DNA of 62,171 nucleotides from Bacteroidota bacterium (GTDB lineage Bacteria; Bacteroidota; Bacteroidia; Bacteroidales; JAUZOH01): NCBI GenBank assembly GCA_030706565.1, contig JAUZOH010000001.1, positions 1 to 62,171 of the forward strand, read 5' to 3'. Shown piece by piece: positions 49,246 to 58,648 of this stretch (position 1 is its first letter; each line of letters starts with the position of its first letter). The notes under the pieces were generated by a model. It saw only the letters and a program-made list of their open reading frames with translations, ran no database searches and was not told where the DNA came from. The position numbers and the translations under genes were made by a program.

Positions 49246-50298
49246 TTACATTTCAAGTCCCTGGGAACCTTTTACCAACTCTTTTGAAATTTTTACCGGA
49301 TTTCCAGCAATAATATTTTTTACCCACTGTACCAGTTGAATGGTGGGTGGCTGATGGTTAAATTCTTCATTTTTTAAATCCCCTACCCCCATGATATCTA
49401 TTGATGAGTTTCCAATTTTGTAAAGACTGCCTTCTTTTATCCCTTTTGCCAGATTAATCAGGGATTGTGTTTCTATATCCTTGGTCTGCTCATGAAAGTT
49501 AGCCAAGTTTTTCAAATAACTTTCATATTGTACATGGGATAAATGCAAGATATGTTTGTCTACTTTATGACTTAAATAAAAATCCTCTATGCTTCTGGAA
49601 TATTTGTACTTTATATCAAAAAGTGTCTCACATTCAAGCATATATTTATCCCGGTTAAAACCGACCTTTACCGATTTCCCGTTAAGTTTGTGTTTATTAC
49701 TTTCTCCTTTTGAATTAGCCAGAGGGCTTATACTTTTTGACATGGACCGATCCTTCCGCGAAACTATGATATGGCAATGGGTTTGTAAACCTGGTTTAGG
49801 TTCCCCTTCCTTTGCATTATGTTCTTTTACCTGTTTGTCAGTATACTTATATTCTCTGATTTTTTCTACTTTTGCAAAGTAAAGGATATCCTCTCTACAT
49901 AAATCTTTATTAAAACCTTGGGCGTAGAATTCCATGCAATCATTGACATAATCCTTGAAAAGTTGATTGTATTTCTCTTTTTCAGAAGGGGACATTTGGG
50001 CTAAATCATTAATTTTCTTACTTGTTGCCTTAAACGCCAAATAACTTAGCTCTTTTTTTGAGGGATTTATGCTGAGCATAAAAAACCTTGCTTCTTTTTT
50101 GTGCAGTCCCTTAACGTTTTGATCAATACTGCTGATTACCTGAAAATCAGAAAAATCTTTGCCTTGAGAATTAAAGAAATTTTCCTGATCAAGTAATTCT
50201 TTGCCCTCATTTTCTTTGGATAAATATTTCACCAATTCGCAGCAACTCCGGGTGTTTCCCCCGATATAATTTTTCGTGGAATGAATCTTAATATACAT
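49246..50298 (-). CDS. Putative relaxase (Bacteroidetes MobB-like)
   Basis: 350 aa, directly following and abutting the small mobilisation protein. It carries the histidine motif LQTHCHIIVSRKD and sits where the relaxase lies in mobA-mobB-mobC modules. Confidence 0.5.
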   Translation of the reverse strand: MYIKIHSTKNYIGGNTRSCCELVKYLSKENEGKELLDQENFFNSQGKDFSDFQVISSIDQNVKGLHKKEARFFMLSINPSKKELSYLAFKATSKKINDLAQMSPSEKEKYNQLFKDYVNDCMEFYAQGFNKDLCREDILYFAKVEKIREYKYTDKQVKEHNAKEGEPKPGLQTHCHIIVSRKDRSMSKSISPLANSKGESNKHKLNGKSVKVGFNRDKYMLECETLFDIKYKYSRSIEDFYLSHKVDKHILHLSHVQYESYLKNLANFHEQTKDIETQSLINLAKGIKEGSLYKIGNSSIDIMGVGDLKNEEFNHQPPTIQLVQWVKNIIAGNPVKISKELVKGSQGLEM

Positions 50299-50915
50299 TA
50301 CATATTAAGTTTTAAACGTTCGAATTCTGCTTTATAATTATTGATAACCGATTCATCAAAACTCACCCCTCGGCCAACCAATTTTTTCCCAGTTTTTAAA
50401 AAATCTCTGAATAGATCTTTACTATACTTAATTACAATTTCGGCTTTTTCTTTCAGATTTTCAAGTTCTTCACTATAATTTTTATCTCCCTCCGGACTGG
50501 GCTGGTTTTCTTTGCTTCCTCCAGTTTGTAAATGTTGGGAACCTATGCTTCCTGAATGGATTAAGGATTCTAATCGGATTAAATCCTTTTTGGTAATGGC
50601 TTCATGCTCAAAATAACTTTGTATTTTTTCATTATTTAACGTAACCTGCTGTACAAGTGGCTTTAAAATCCCTTTTTCTTGTTCCTTGATAAAAGAAACG
50701 GTTGTTTCCCTTAATTTTGAAACATCATTCTTGAGTTGTGAAAATTGTTTATCAAAACTATTGGCATTCAGTTCTCTTGGGTCTATGCCCAAAGTGTCAA
50801 AGTAGGAGATCATATTTTCTACTAAGGAACCTTTGGATTTCCAATTTAATTTTTTTTTCAGTTCTTCCAGCTTATCATCATAAACTTCGCTGATAGCAAC
50901 GGTTTTATAGGACAT
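50298..50915 (-). CDS. Mobilisation accessory protein (MobA / BfmA-BtgA-like)
   Basis: 205-aa coiled-coil-rich protein, first gene of the mob module. It is adjacent to the nested inverted repeats. Confidence 0.45.
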   Translation of the reverse strand: MSYKTVAISEVYDDKLEELKKKLNWKSKGSLVENMISYFDTLGIDPRELNANSFDKQFSQLKNDVSKLRETTVSFIKEQEKGILKPLVQQVTLNNEKIQSYFEHEAITKKDLIRLESLIHSGSIGSQHLQTGGSKENQPSPEGDKNYSEELENLKEKAEIVIKYSKDLFRDFLKTGKKLVGRGVSFDESVINNYKAEFERLKLNM

Positions 50916-51094
50916 AGCGCGATTATTTAATGGTAATACAACAATATTAATTGATTTAAAGATATTTACTTATATAATTCTAATTACTTATAACTTATTT
51001 TATAACAAATATATCTTATTTTTAATTATATACAATTAAAGTAATAAATAATATTATAATATATTATAACTTTCATTATTTATTTTACTGGTTT

Positions 51095-51159
51095 AAAGGT
51101 TTATAATATTTTGTCAATCACACTTTGTGTGATTTCGTCTTGCTTTACTATAAACCTTT
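51095..51159. promoter_or_regulatory. Candidate oriT: nested inverted repeats
   Basis: AAAGGTTTATA(51095-51105)...ATCACAC-ttt-GTGTGAT(51117-51133)...TATAAACCTTT(51149-51159), ~180 nt upstream of the mob operon. Confidence 0.4.
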
Positions 51160-51334
51160 TTCAAAGCATTTCTATGCAACTGTATGAAATTTCATTTTAT
51201 TGGAGATTATAAAAGCATTGTATGAATATTCGATTCTTAATAATTTGAAGTTGTATTAAAAATAAAGGAAATAAGTAATGGATCCCTGAAAACATAGGTA
51301 ATATAATTAAATGAAAATGTGCAAAATAAATTGA

Positions 51335-52301
51335 ATTGGGAGATTTTGGTAAATCAAAATTGAATGTGCTTCTATTTTTTATTTTGTCGAAGCTTGATCA
51401 CCTGGAATTAAAGGATAATTAGGAGATTTTGGTAAGTCATCAAAGGATTAATCAACGTTTAAAGGTTTATAATAATCACTTAATGTGCAATATAGATTAT
51501 ATTGGGTGGTTTTGGTAATCAAAAACGCAAAAGTTACGGTTTAGTGGCAATACGATAAAACAATTTAAAACTGAATTGGGAGGAAAAGGTAACTAATTAA
51601 AAGTACTTTTTAGTATATTGAATTTCAATACAATGGAGTTTGATATATACTTTAAATTGGGAGGATTTGGTAACAAAAAATAGAATCTTTATTTTTTTGA
51701 ACTATACACTTTGCAGGATGATCAGCAAAGGCATTAGGAGAAAAAGGTAATTAGTGTGATTGCTTTTTAAATTTTAAATAAAAATTAATAGACAGCTATT
51801 CAGATATATGATTGGAATTAGGAGAAATAGGTAAGTAAGAAAAAAAGAACGATATTGATTAATGATATAATGACTTGTAAATTAGTATTTTAAAAATGAT
51901 TTGGGAGAAATTGGTAACTAAATGAACTTTTGCAAAATTAGAATTAGGAGAAATTAGTAACTAATTGAGTGCGCCGGGGGATCTTTTTTTGTTTAGATCG
52001 GATTTTTCTTTCAAATTTTTCTTCGAATTCATTTTTTTCTGTCAAACAGACATAAAAAAATGACAAAGTGTCAGTTTTTCTTTTAACCATAAGGTACCTT
52101 TTTATTTTTGATAAAACTTTGTTTAATCTTTTGATATTTGTGAGATGGGTTAACTTATTATTTTACAATTCATAACATGACCTGGATTAGGAGAATTTAG
52201 TAACTTTATTGGGAGCTTTTAGTAACCTCTTTAGGAGAAATTGGTAACATAAACTTGGAGAAATTAGTAACTTCAATTTCGGCATTAGGAGTAATAAGTA
52301 A
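51335..52301 (+). promoter_or_regulatory. Iteron array (candidate oriV): 14 direct copies of ATTrGGAGaWWTWrGTAAc
   Basis: Nine copies are spaced ~43-93 nt apart (starts ~51335, 51417, 51501, 51575, 51655, 51732, 51825, 51898, 51941). Five are packed at 52184-52301 and abut the rep stop codon. Confidence 0.8.
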
Positions 52302-52307
52302 CTATTT

Positions 52308-53381
52308 TTAGAATAAATTGGATTCATTATCACCAAATTCATTTTGAAGTGATTTAATCACGTACCCTACAACATCGGTTATCTTAGTCACATTGTTCAA
52401 ATAATATTCTCTCAAAGAGACTATTTTCAATAACATCTGTTCAGAACTTGCTTTATTAAATAATGGCCTGATTTGTTCAATATTCCTGTCATTAAACTTA
52501 AAATGAGTACGTAATAGATTAAAAGCATAATCTTTTCGTTTGTCTTCTTCTACAATAAGTTCAGGGGTGATAATTTTAAAATTCAGGTGTGTAACGGTGT
52601 TCCCTTGTTTGGTAACAAAATCATCGGACTTACAATTAAACCAGCAATCAGCTTTTTCAAATAACTCATTCTGTACCGGCAAGAGTATATTTTTCTTGAT
52701 ATCGGCAAAATATTTGTATTTATCCTCAATCCCCAACCATTTACGGAAATCCTCAAGGGGAATGGTAAATCCACCCTTTTTCCTCCAACTGCAAATTAAC
52801 TTATAGACACGTGAAGTATATTTATTGGAAGCATTTTGGGCTATTTCATAAACGTATCTGGTATAATTGATGGGCTGGCCACCTTTATTTTGGTCAATTT
52901 CAACCAATAGCTTGGCCACTCGTTTGTCCACCTCTATATAAATTAAGCTGTTCCTGGTGCTGTTTGAAGGTATATCAGCACTCAACAGTCCTTTGTATAC
53001 GACACGTTTTTCCTGTGTCTTTTGATTGATATAAGGAATCTCAACCACGATTGAAGCCAATTGCTTGATAGATTTTTTTACTTGGTCGTAATGCTGCGGT
53101 ATGGTGATTTCCCTGAGCGGTATGGTGATTTTTATTGTAGGTTGTTCCTTGTATTCTTGAAAAAGTGAATATTGCCCGTAATCTTCTCCTTTTAAGCTCA
53201 ACTTGATGGGTTCCTGAAGATAATAGATGACCGCGTTGAAAATACGCTCCTGGATAAGGGAATAATCATATATGGCGTTGGTAATTCGGTTGGGTTGATA
53301 AATATAACTTCGTATAGCAGGAAGACTAATTATTTTCTTTCTCTTTTTTGTTTGAACCTTTGTTAAATTCAGTTTATCCAT
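52308..53381 (-). CDS. Plasmid replication initiator (RepB/Rep_3-like, iteron type)
   Basis: 357 aa. ITNAIYDYSLIQERIFNAVIYYLQ is typical of the N-terminal winged-helix of iteron initiators. The iteron array is adjacent. Confidence 0.7.
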   Translation of the reverse strand: MDKLNLTKVQTKKRKKIISLPAIRSYIYQPNRITNAIYDYSLIQERIFNAVIYYLQEPIKLSLKGEDYGQYSLFQEYKEQPTIKITIPLREITIPQHYDQVKKSIKQLASIVVEIPYINQKTQEKRVVYKGLLSADIPSNSTRNSLIYIEVDKRVAKLLVEIDQNKGGQPINYTRYVYEIAQNASNKYTSRVYKLICSWRKKGGFTIPLEDFRKWLGIEDKYKYFADIKKNILLPVQNELFEKADCWFNCKSDDFVTKQGNTVTHLNFKIITPELIVEEDKRKDYAFNLLRTHFKFNDRNIEQIRPLFNKASSEQMLLKIVSLREYYLNNVTKITDVVGYVIKSLQNEFGDNESNLF

Positions 53382-53454
53382 AATGAATGGTGTTTATGAA
53401 AAGGCAATTTGAACGACTTTAAAATGAAGATATTATTTGTTCCATGCATAAAAC

Positions 53455-53760
53455 TTAGGCCATTTCTAATTTCTTTCGCTCCTTGGCCAAATCATATTTC
53501 ACCTGGAGGCGCAGCCAATATTCTGCACTAATCCCCAAAGCTTTTTCAAGCTTAATGGCCAGGGCTGGATTTATATTCCGCTTTCCGTTCAATATATCCG
53601 AAAAATGCGAAGGATAAACCTTAATATCCATAGCAAAATTAGAGGTCAAAAGTTTGCGATTTTCCAATTCAACACGTAACACTTTCCCAGGATGAAGTAC
53701 CCGATCGGGATAAGCATTCAGGCCAACTTTTTTAACAATTTTATAGTCTTCCATAACCAA
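53455..53760 (-). CDS. higA: HigA/VapI-type HTH antitoxin (orphan)
   Basis: 101 aa. HPGKVLRVELENRKLLTSNFAMDIKVYPSHFSDILNGKRNINPALAIKLEKALGISAEYWLRLQVKYDL matches the HigA-family pattern. Confidence 0.75.
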   Translation of the reverse strand: MVMEDYKIVKKVGLNAYPDRVLHPGKVLRVELENRKLLTSNFAMDIKVYPSHFSDILNGKRNINPALAIKLEKALGISAEYWLRLQVKYDLAKERKKLEMA

Positions 53761-54229
53761 TAAATTAATTCAATTCTTGATCTGTTGTATAAATAACGAG
53801 TTTGGGATTTTTTCAAGACAATTTTCTAAAGCCAAGGCAAATTAACACCCTCCTCAAATTAAAATCTATAATGTCCATTCCTATTGATATAAACAAGGTA
53901 TTTTTTTGCAATTGCCATGAAATAATAATCACAAAATCATACAAGCAATAAATCTACAACAGTAAATTTCATTTACCAAATTTGGTAAACATTATTTGTT
54001 AACTATCATGAGTAAGTTATTAAGATCAGGTTATTTTACAATCAGATAAGTAATTTCATTTTACTAATCTGATTTGCGGGCTTTTTCCAAAATCCAAAGG
54101 GTTCAAGGCCCGCTTATCAACCCAAAAGAGGTAAAGTTATCTGAAAAGGAGGATGGAGTATCTTGCTATTCAAATGTACATCAAAGATTTTCAAGCAATT
54201 AGATAAATAATCATATAATTACTAATTAT

Positions 54230-54670
54230 ACTATATATCCTATATGTACTATAAATCCTATTTTTTTTCATTAAATATTTATACTATTTTAAATAAATAT
54301 CCTAACTGTAATATTATTTTTAAATAAGATAATTAAATGAATATTTAACCTATAAATATTATATATCCTAATTATCCTATATACAATTTACTAACTTTAG
54401 ACAATATTTATAATATATAACCTATAAAATAGAATTAATATTTAAAATAAGATCACTATAATCAATATATACAATATATTTAATTTTGACATTAATATCA
54501 CTATTCCCATTATATAATTTATATATTATATATTCAATCATTATAATATATATCCTATATGAAATATATAAGCAATTAATATATATTACATATATAAATT
54601 ATATTAAATAATAAAATTATAACTACTTTAAATAATATATTTACTAATCATCCTATTTGTTGTATTAAAT
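54230..54670. promoter_or_regulatory. Candidate centromere (parC): repeated ATCCTAT words within an A/T-only block
   Basis: There are at least 7 copies of (T)ATCCTA(T/A) (e.g. tatatatcctatatg, aaatcctatttt, tatcctaattatcctatatac, atatcctatatg, atcatcctatttg) upstream of parA. Confidence 0.35.
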
Positions 54671-54804
54671 ATAATTTTCATATATTTAATATATATTTTA
54701 AATCAAATATATTCAATTTATATCATAAATATTTCTCATAAAATATAAATGCTATAAATAATACTTCATATATTTGCAATATGTAAAATATAAAGGATGT
54801 TGGA

Positions 54805-55545
54805 ATGGAAAAAATTGTATTGATTAACCACAAGGGGGGAGTAGGCAAAACCACCTCTGCTATCAATATTGCAGCCGGCTTAGCTTTAAAAGGCAAAAAA
54901 ACAGTAGCCATAGATCTGGATCCTCAGGCAAACTTGACAGAAAGTTTTGGGAAATTTAACCTTCCGGACAATATTTACCAATCCTTTAGCAAAGGAGAAC
55001 CCTTGCCTGTACTTGAACTAAAGAAAAACCTGTCACTTGTTCCAGCAAGTCTGGATTTAGCGGGGATTGAGCTGGAAATCTCTTCCCGCCTGGCCAGGGA
55101 AAAAATATTTTCAGACCTTCTCAAACCCCTGGAAAATAAATATGATGTAGCCGTATTTGATTGTCCTCCCTCGCTGGGTCTGATTACAGTTAATGCACTG
55201 GTGGCTGCAGATGATGTATATATCCCCATGATTGCAGAATATTTGGCTTATAGAGGAATAGACAGTATAGTCGGTATAATCGAACAAATCAAAGAACACT
55301 TTAATGCCAAATTAAGGATCAAAGGGGTATTTTTTACCAAGTTCAATGATAAGATTGTATTATCATCAAACATCAAAGAAAACGTAGAAAGTATTTTTGG
55401 AGATACTCTGATGAAAACAGTGATCCGTACAAATATTGCCTTGGCCGAATGCCAGGCTCAGGGTATAGATATTTTTGAGTATAATTCAAAAAGTAACGGG
55501 GCAATAGATTACAGGGATCTGGTGAATGAAATTTTAAAACAGTAG
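54805..55545 (+). CDS. parA: ParA-family partition ATPase
   Basis: 246 aa with the deviant Walker A NHKGGVGKTT and DCPPSLG. Confidence 0.9.
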   Translation: MEKIVLINHKGGVGKTTSAINIAAGLALKGKKTVAIDLDPQANLTESFGKFNLPDNIYQSFSKGEPLPVLELKKNLSLVPASLDLAGIELEISSRLAREKIFSDLLKPLENKYDVAVFDCPPSLGLITVNALVAADDVYIPMIAEYLAYRGIDSIVGIIEQIKEHFNAKLRIKGVFFTKFNDKIVLSSNIKENVESIFGDTLMKTVIRTNIALAECQAQGIDIFEYNSKSNGAIDYRDLVNEILKQ

Positions 55546-55549
55546 GAAG

Positions 55550-56206
55550 ATGGCAAAGAAAAATTTTGGAAATAGCTTGAAACGGAGCAACAATTTGGGC
55601 GCCGGCATACAAAACCTTCTAGGTACCAGCGTTTCAGCAGAAGAAACAACATCAGAAGTTCAGGAAGAAGAAAGGGAAAAAGAAAAGAAGGAAGTTAAAA
55701 AGAACAACATTAAACAGCCCAAAGAAAAAGTAGTTGTTCCAGAAACCGAACCCATTCCGGCAGAACCGGTAGAAATAAATATTCCAGAAAAACCAGCAGA
55801 AGAAGAACAAGTCCAAGGACTTGAAAAAGCAAAAGAAAAAAAGGCAAAGGTTGCCTTTTCCAGAACATTTTATATTCCTGAGGGTGATTACAAAACCATA
55901 GAGAATTTTATCCGGTATAAAATCATGGAGGGAGAAATAAGGTTTTCCCAAAAAAATGCGTTAAACGAGGCCCTGAACCTGCTCCGGGAGGTTGTAAAAG
56001 CCAACATTAGCGTTGAGCCATTACAAAACGAAAACAAAGCAGGAGAGACCCTTCGCGTTCATTCATTCAACATGCTCATAGAGGATTATAATTTTATCAA
56101 TGAAGTTTTAAGGATCAGACGGATGCAGGGGCAAATAAAGTTTACCCAGGCCAATGTCATCAGTGAGGCATTAAATTTACTGCGGAAAAAATACCCTAAT
56201 CTTTAA
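55550..56206 (+). CDS. Putative partition partner (ParB-function protein, non-canonical)
   Basis: 218 aa, 4 nt after parA. It has a highly charged K/E-rich N-terminal half and two internally similar C-terminal segments (...RYKIMEGEIRFSQKNALNEALNLLRE / ...RIRRMQGQIKFTQANVISEALNLLRK). Confidence 0.45.
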   Translation: MAKKNFGNSLKRSNNLGAGIQNLLGTSVSAEETTSEVQEEEREKEKKEVKKNNIKQPKEKVVVPETEPIPAEPVEINIPEKPAEEEQVQGLEKAKEKKAKVAFSRTFYIPEGDYKTIENFIRYKIMEGEIRFSQKNALNEALNLLREVVKANISVEPLQNENKAGETLRVHSFNMLIEDYNFINEVLRIRRMQGQIKFTQANVISEALNLLRKKYPNL

Positions 56207-56540
56207 AGTAAAATAAATTACAATCTTTACCTTATCTTTCTTTTACACACAAGGGAAAAAGGTTCGTATGATAGTATCAGATGATACTATCAAATATAAA
56301 ACAAAACATTTCATTATGATGGCAATGCAAAAAGGCACAAATAAAAATAAATATGTGGCCTTAGGTCCAATAAGGAAAACTAAAGTTTTAAAACTCCGGA
56401 ATGACTTGGTTTCTAATATTTGGGTAAAAACGTTCAAACTAAAAGCTTTTTAGCCAGAATTAGCTTCTTAAACAAAGAGAAGATCGTTTTTACCCTGTTT
56501 GGGGGATTTTCAGCCAGGGCAAAAGCCCCGGCTGTTTAAT

Positions 56541-56864
56541 TTAAAGAAAAGACAATTGGGATTTTTCGGCCTCCTGCATTTTGACCTTTAGGTTTTGCAG
56601 CTTTTTCAGCTCTGTTTGCAGGTAGAATATTCTTTGATGTATAGGGTTAAAAATCCTATTCATGTTAGGCTCTGAAATATCGTTTTTTATCTCAAAAAGA
56701 GTGGGGAAGATAAAAGCCGGTTTTGCAGGGATAGGGAAAAGTTCAAGTTGAATATGTACCCTTTTAGACAGTTCACGGCGTTTGTTTTTCAGTGCTTTTC
56801 TTTCCTTCTGAATCATTAAAGCAACTTCATTAATCTCTTCATCAATAAAAGTTAAATGGTCCAT
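56541..56864 (-). CDS. Hypothetical protein
   Basis: 107-aa ORF co-oriented with and downstream of the J-domain gene. Confidence 0.35.
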   Translation of the reverse strand: MDHLTFIDEEINEVALMIQKERKALKNKRRELSKRVHIQLELFPIPAKPAFIFPTLFEIKNDISEPNMNRIFNPIHQRIFYLQTELKKLQNLKVKMQEAEKSQLSFL

Positions 56865-56910
56865 GGTCTTAAAATTTGAGGTTAAAAATTAAATTTGAGC
56901 AAGGAAACCG

Positions 56911-57393
56911 CTAGGCGGTTTCCAGTTTATTTTCCTTTTCAGGGTTTCCCACTATTTGGCTTCCGTATTTCATGCGTATTTGTTCAATATCCAAGGGCCT
57001 GTGGTTTGGACATTTATACTCCGAAGGCCTGTAGTACCACATCACCTTTTTAGGGGCAAACAAGAAACCTGTAGCCTTGAGCCTTGCCCGGTGCGGGTAG
57101 GTATTCCCGCTTATCCAGATCCAATCTCCCAGAATTTCTATGATGATTCCTTCCAGTCCTATCACCTGGTTGATGATTTCCGGGTAGATGATAAATTCTT
57201 CCTGTTGTTTTTCGCTAAGGTCTTCAAAATCAAACATCCTGTTTTTGATAATGAATTGATATTCCGCGTTAATCTCCTGCATGGTAGCGGTTTCCCCTCC
57301 CTTGTCCGGATGGTGGATCAATGCCAGTTCCTTGTAAAGTTTTCTAACCTCGATCAGGTTTTTGCAAGTGCTGAAAAATTGTGTTTTCATCAT
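56911..57393 (-). CDS. J-domain (DnaJ-like) protein
   Basis: 160 aa with LIEVRKLYKELALIHHPDKGGE (HPD motif) at the N-terminus. Confidence 0.7.
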   Translation of the reverse strand: MMKTQFFSTCKNLIEVRKLYKELALIHHPDKGGETATMQEINAEYQFIIKNRMFDFEDLSEKQQEEFIIYPEIINQVIGLEGIIIEILGDWIWISGNTYPHRARLKATGFLFAPKKVMWYYRPSEYKCPNHRPLDIEQIRMKYGSQIVGNPEKENKLETA

Positions 57394-57585
57394 TTTAAAA
57401 TTTTAAGTTTTGAATTCCATTTCAAGTTCAATTTTTACTGTTTTATTTGATTGATAATATGTTTATTACGTTCCACGTGGAACTATATATCTGATTTTTA
57501 ACTACTTATCATCGGCAAATAGGAAGTTTAGCCTTTTCACTTAAAAAATCTCTTAGATACTGGACTTACCCGGTCCTGGCTTTTT

Positions 57586-58033
57586 ACAGTTTTTTTATTT
57601 CAAAGAACTTTTACATCACCGTTTAAATGAGGTCTGAGCCATTTTCACGTAAAAAGGATAAAAGCACATCGGCTAGGGAAAGGCAAGAAAAATTGAAAAA
57701 ATACTACCCCGTGTGAAGCAATCAGGGACGGAAGAGGGTTCAACAAATAAATATTGATCCAACCCTCTTCCGTCCCGGAGTTGAAATGAAAAAAAAGTAA
57801 AGCGTAAAATTTTTTATCAAAAAAGTAGACACGATCAAAAAAATTTAGGCTTTACTTCCAACCCTGATCAGGAACGATATAAAAGGTTAGGATATCAAGG
57901 GTGTGGAGATTTTTTTGATTTTTATTGCGCCTTTTTGCGGGAGGGTGCCGATGTGCTACCTTTTGGAGGGAAAATGGCTTTCAGAACCTCTATAAAAGCA
58001 CGGGGATTTCAGTTCTTTAAAAAAACAGGAAAA
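57586..58033. repeat. Large imperfect palindrome (~85-nt arms) enclosing two strong hairpins
   Basis: The arms are 57586-57672 and 57948-58033. The hairpins are GGGACGGAAGAGGGTT-20nt-AACCCTCTTCCGTCCC (57725-57776) and GTAAAGCGTAAAATTTTTT...AAAAAAATTTAGGCTTTAC (57797-57855). Confidence 0.7.
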
Positions 58034-58648
58034 GACATAAGGAAAAGGGACAGTAGATAATTCCAATGGTTTTGGGAATTTATTTTTTTCTGTATTGAGG
58101 GTAAACAATCAGTAAGGATAGGAGAGGGGAAAGGGTTGAAGTTTTTATGTCTTTTGTAAAAACTTCAACTCTTTCCAGGAAGGAGAAAATAGGATTTAGT
58201 GAAACGCCGTGTAACAGAGGGGAGCTAAATCTTATTTTGCGCGAGAGCCATCCTTACACCTTTAAAAGGGTGGGAGGGAAAATTAACTATTCAGAGAGGT
58301 TTATTAATGATCAGTTTAAATACATTCCACTGCAATTATCTTGCAGTGGGAAAAAACATCCATAAGAATCAGTTCTTCCAGACTTAGGAAAAAAATACAA
58401 AAGGAAAACATAGGAATAAAGACTTTTTTTATTGGGGATCCTCCCCAAACCCCAGGGATTTTTCCTAGCCTTTTCTCAATAAAAGTGAAGGTTAAAAAAT
58501 TATGAAATAATGTTGAAAGTTATTAAAATTAAATATGTAATTTGGTAGGGTATAAGAGGTGGTTCATATACAAGGAGAGATATACAAAATATTGCGTATA
58601 TAAAATTGTTGGCAACAAGTTTAACAGGACACAACTAAATTGATAGAA

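Noticed and set aside
51335-51960. CRISPR-like array (short repeats with ~45-75-nt spacers)
   Set aside because: The repeats are only ~19 nt, degenerate and irregularly spaced. They are adjacent to a rep gene, continue as back-to-back copies, and no cas genes are present. They are interpreted as iterons.
56956-57450. 164-aa plus-strand ORF
   Set aside because: It is antisense to the J-domain gene, which has the diagnostic HPD motif.
58147-58365. 72-aa ORF
   Set aside because: It starts inside the 12-bp-stem hairpin of the palindromic region and has no supporting features.
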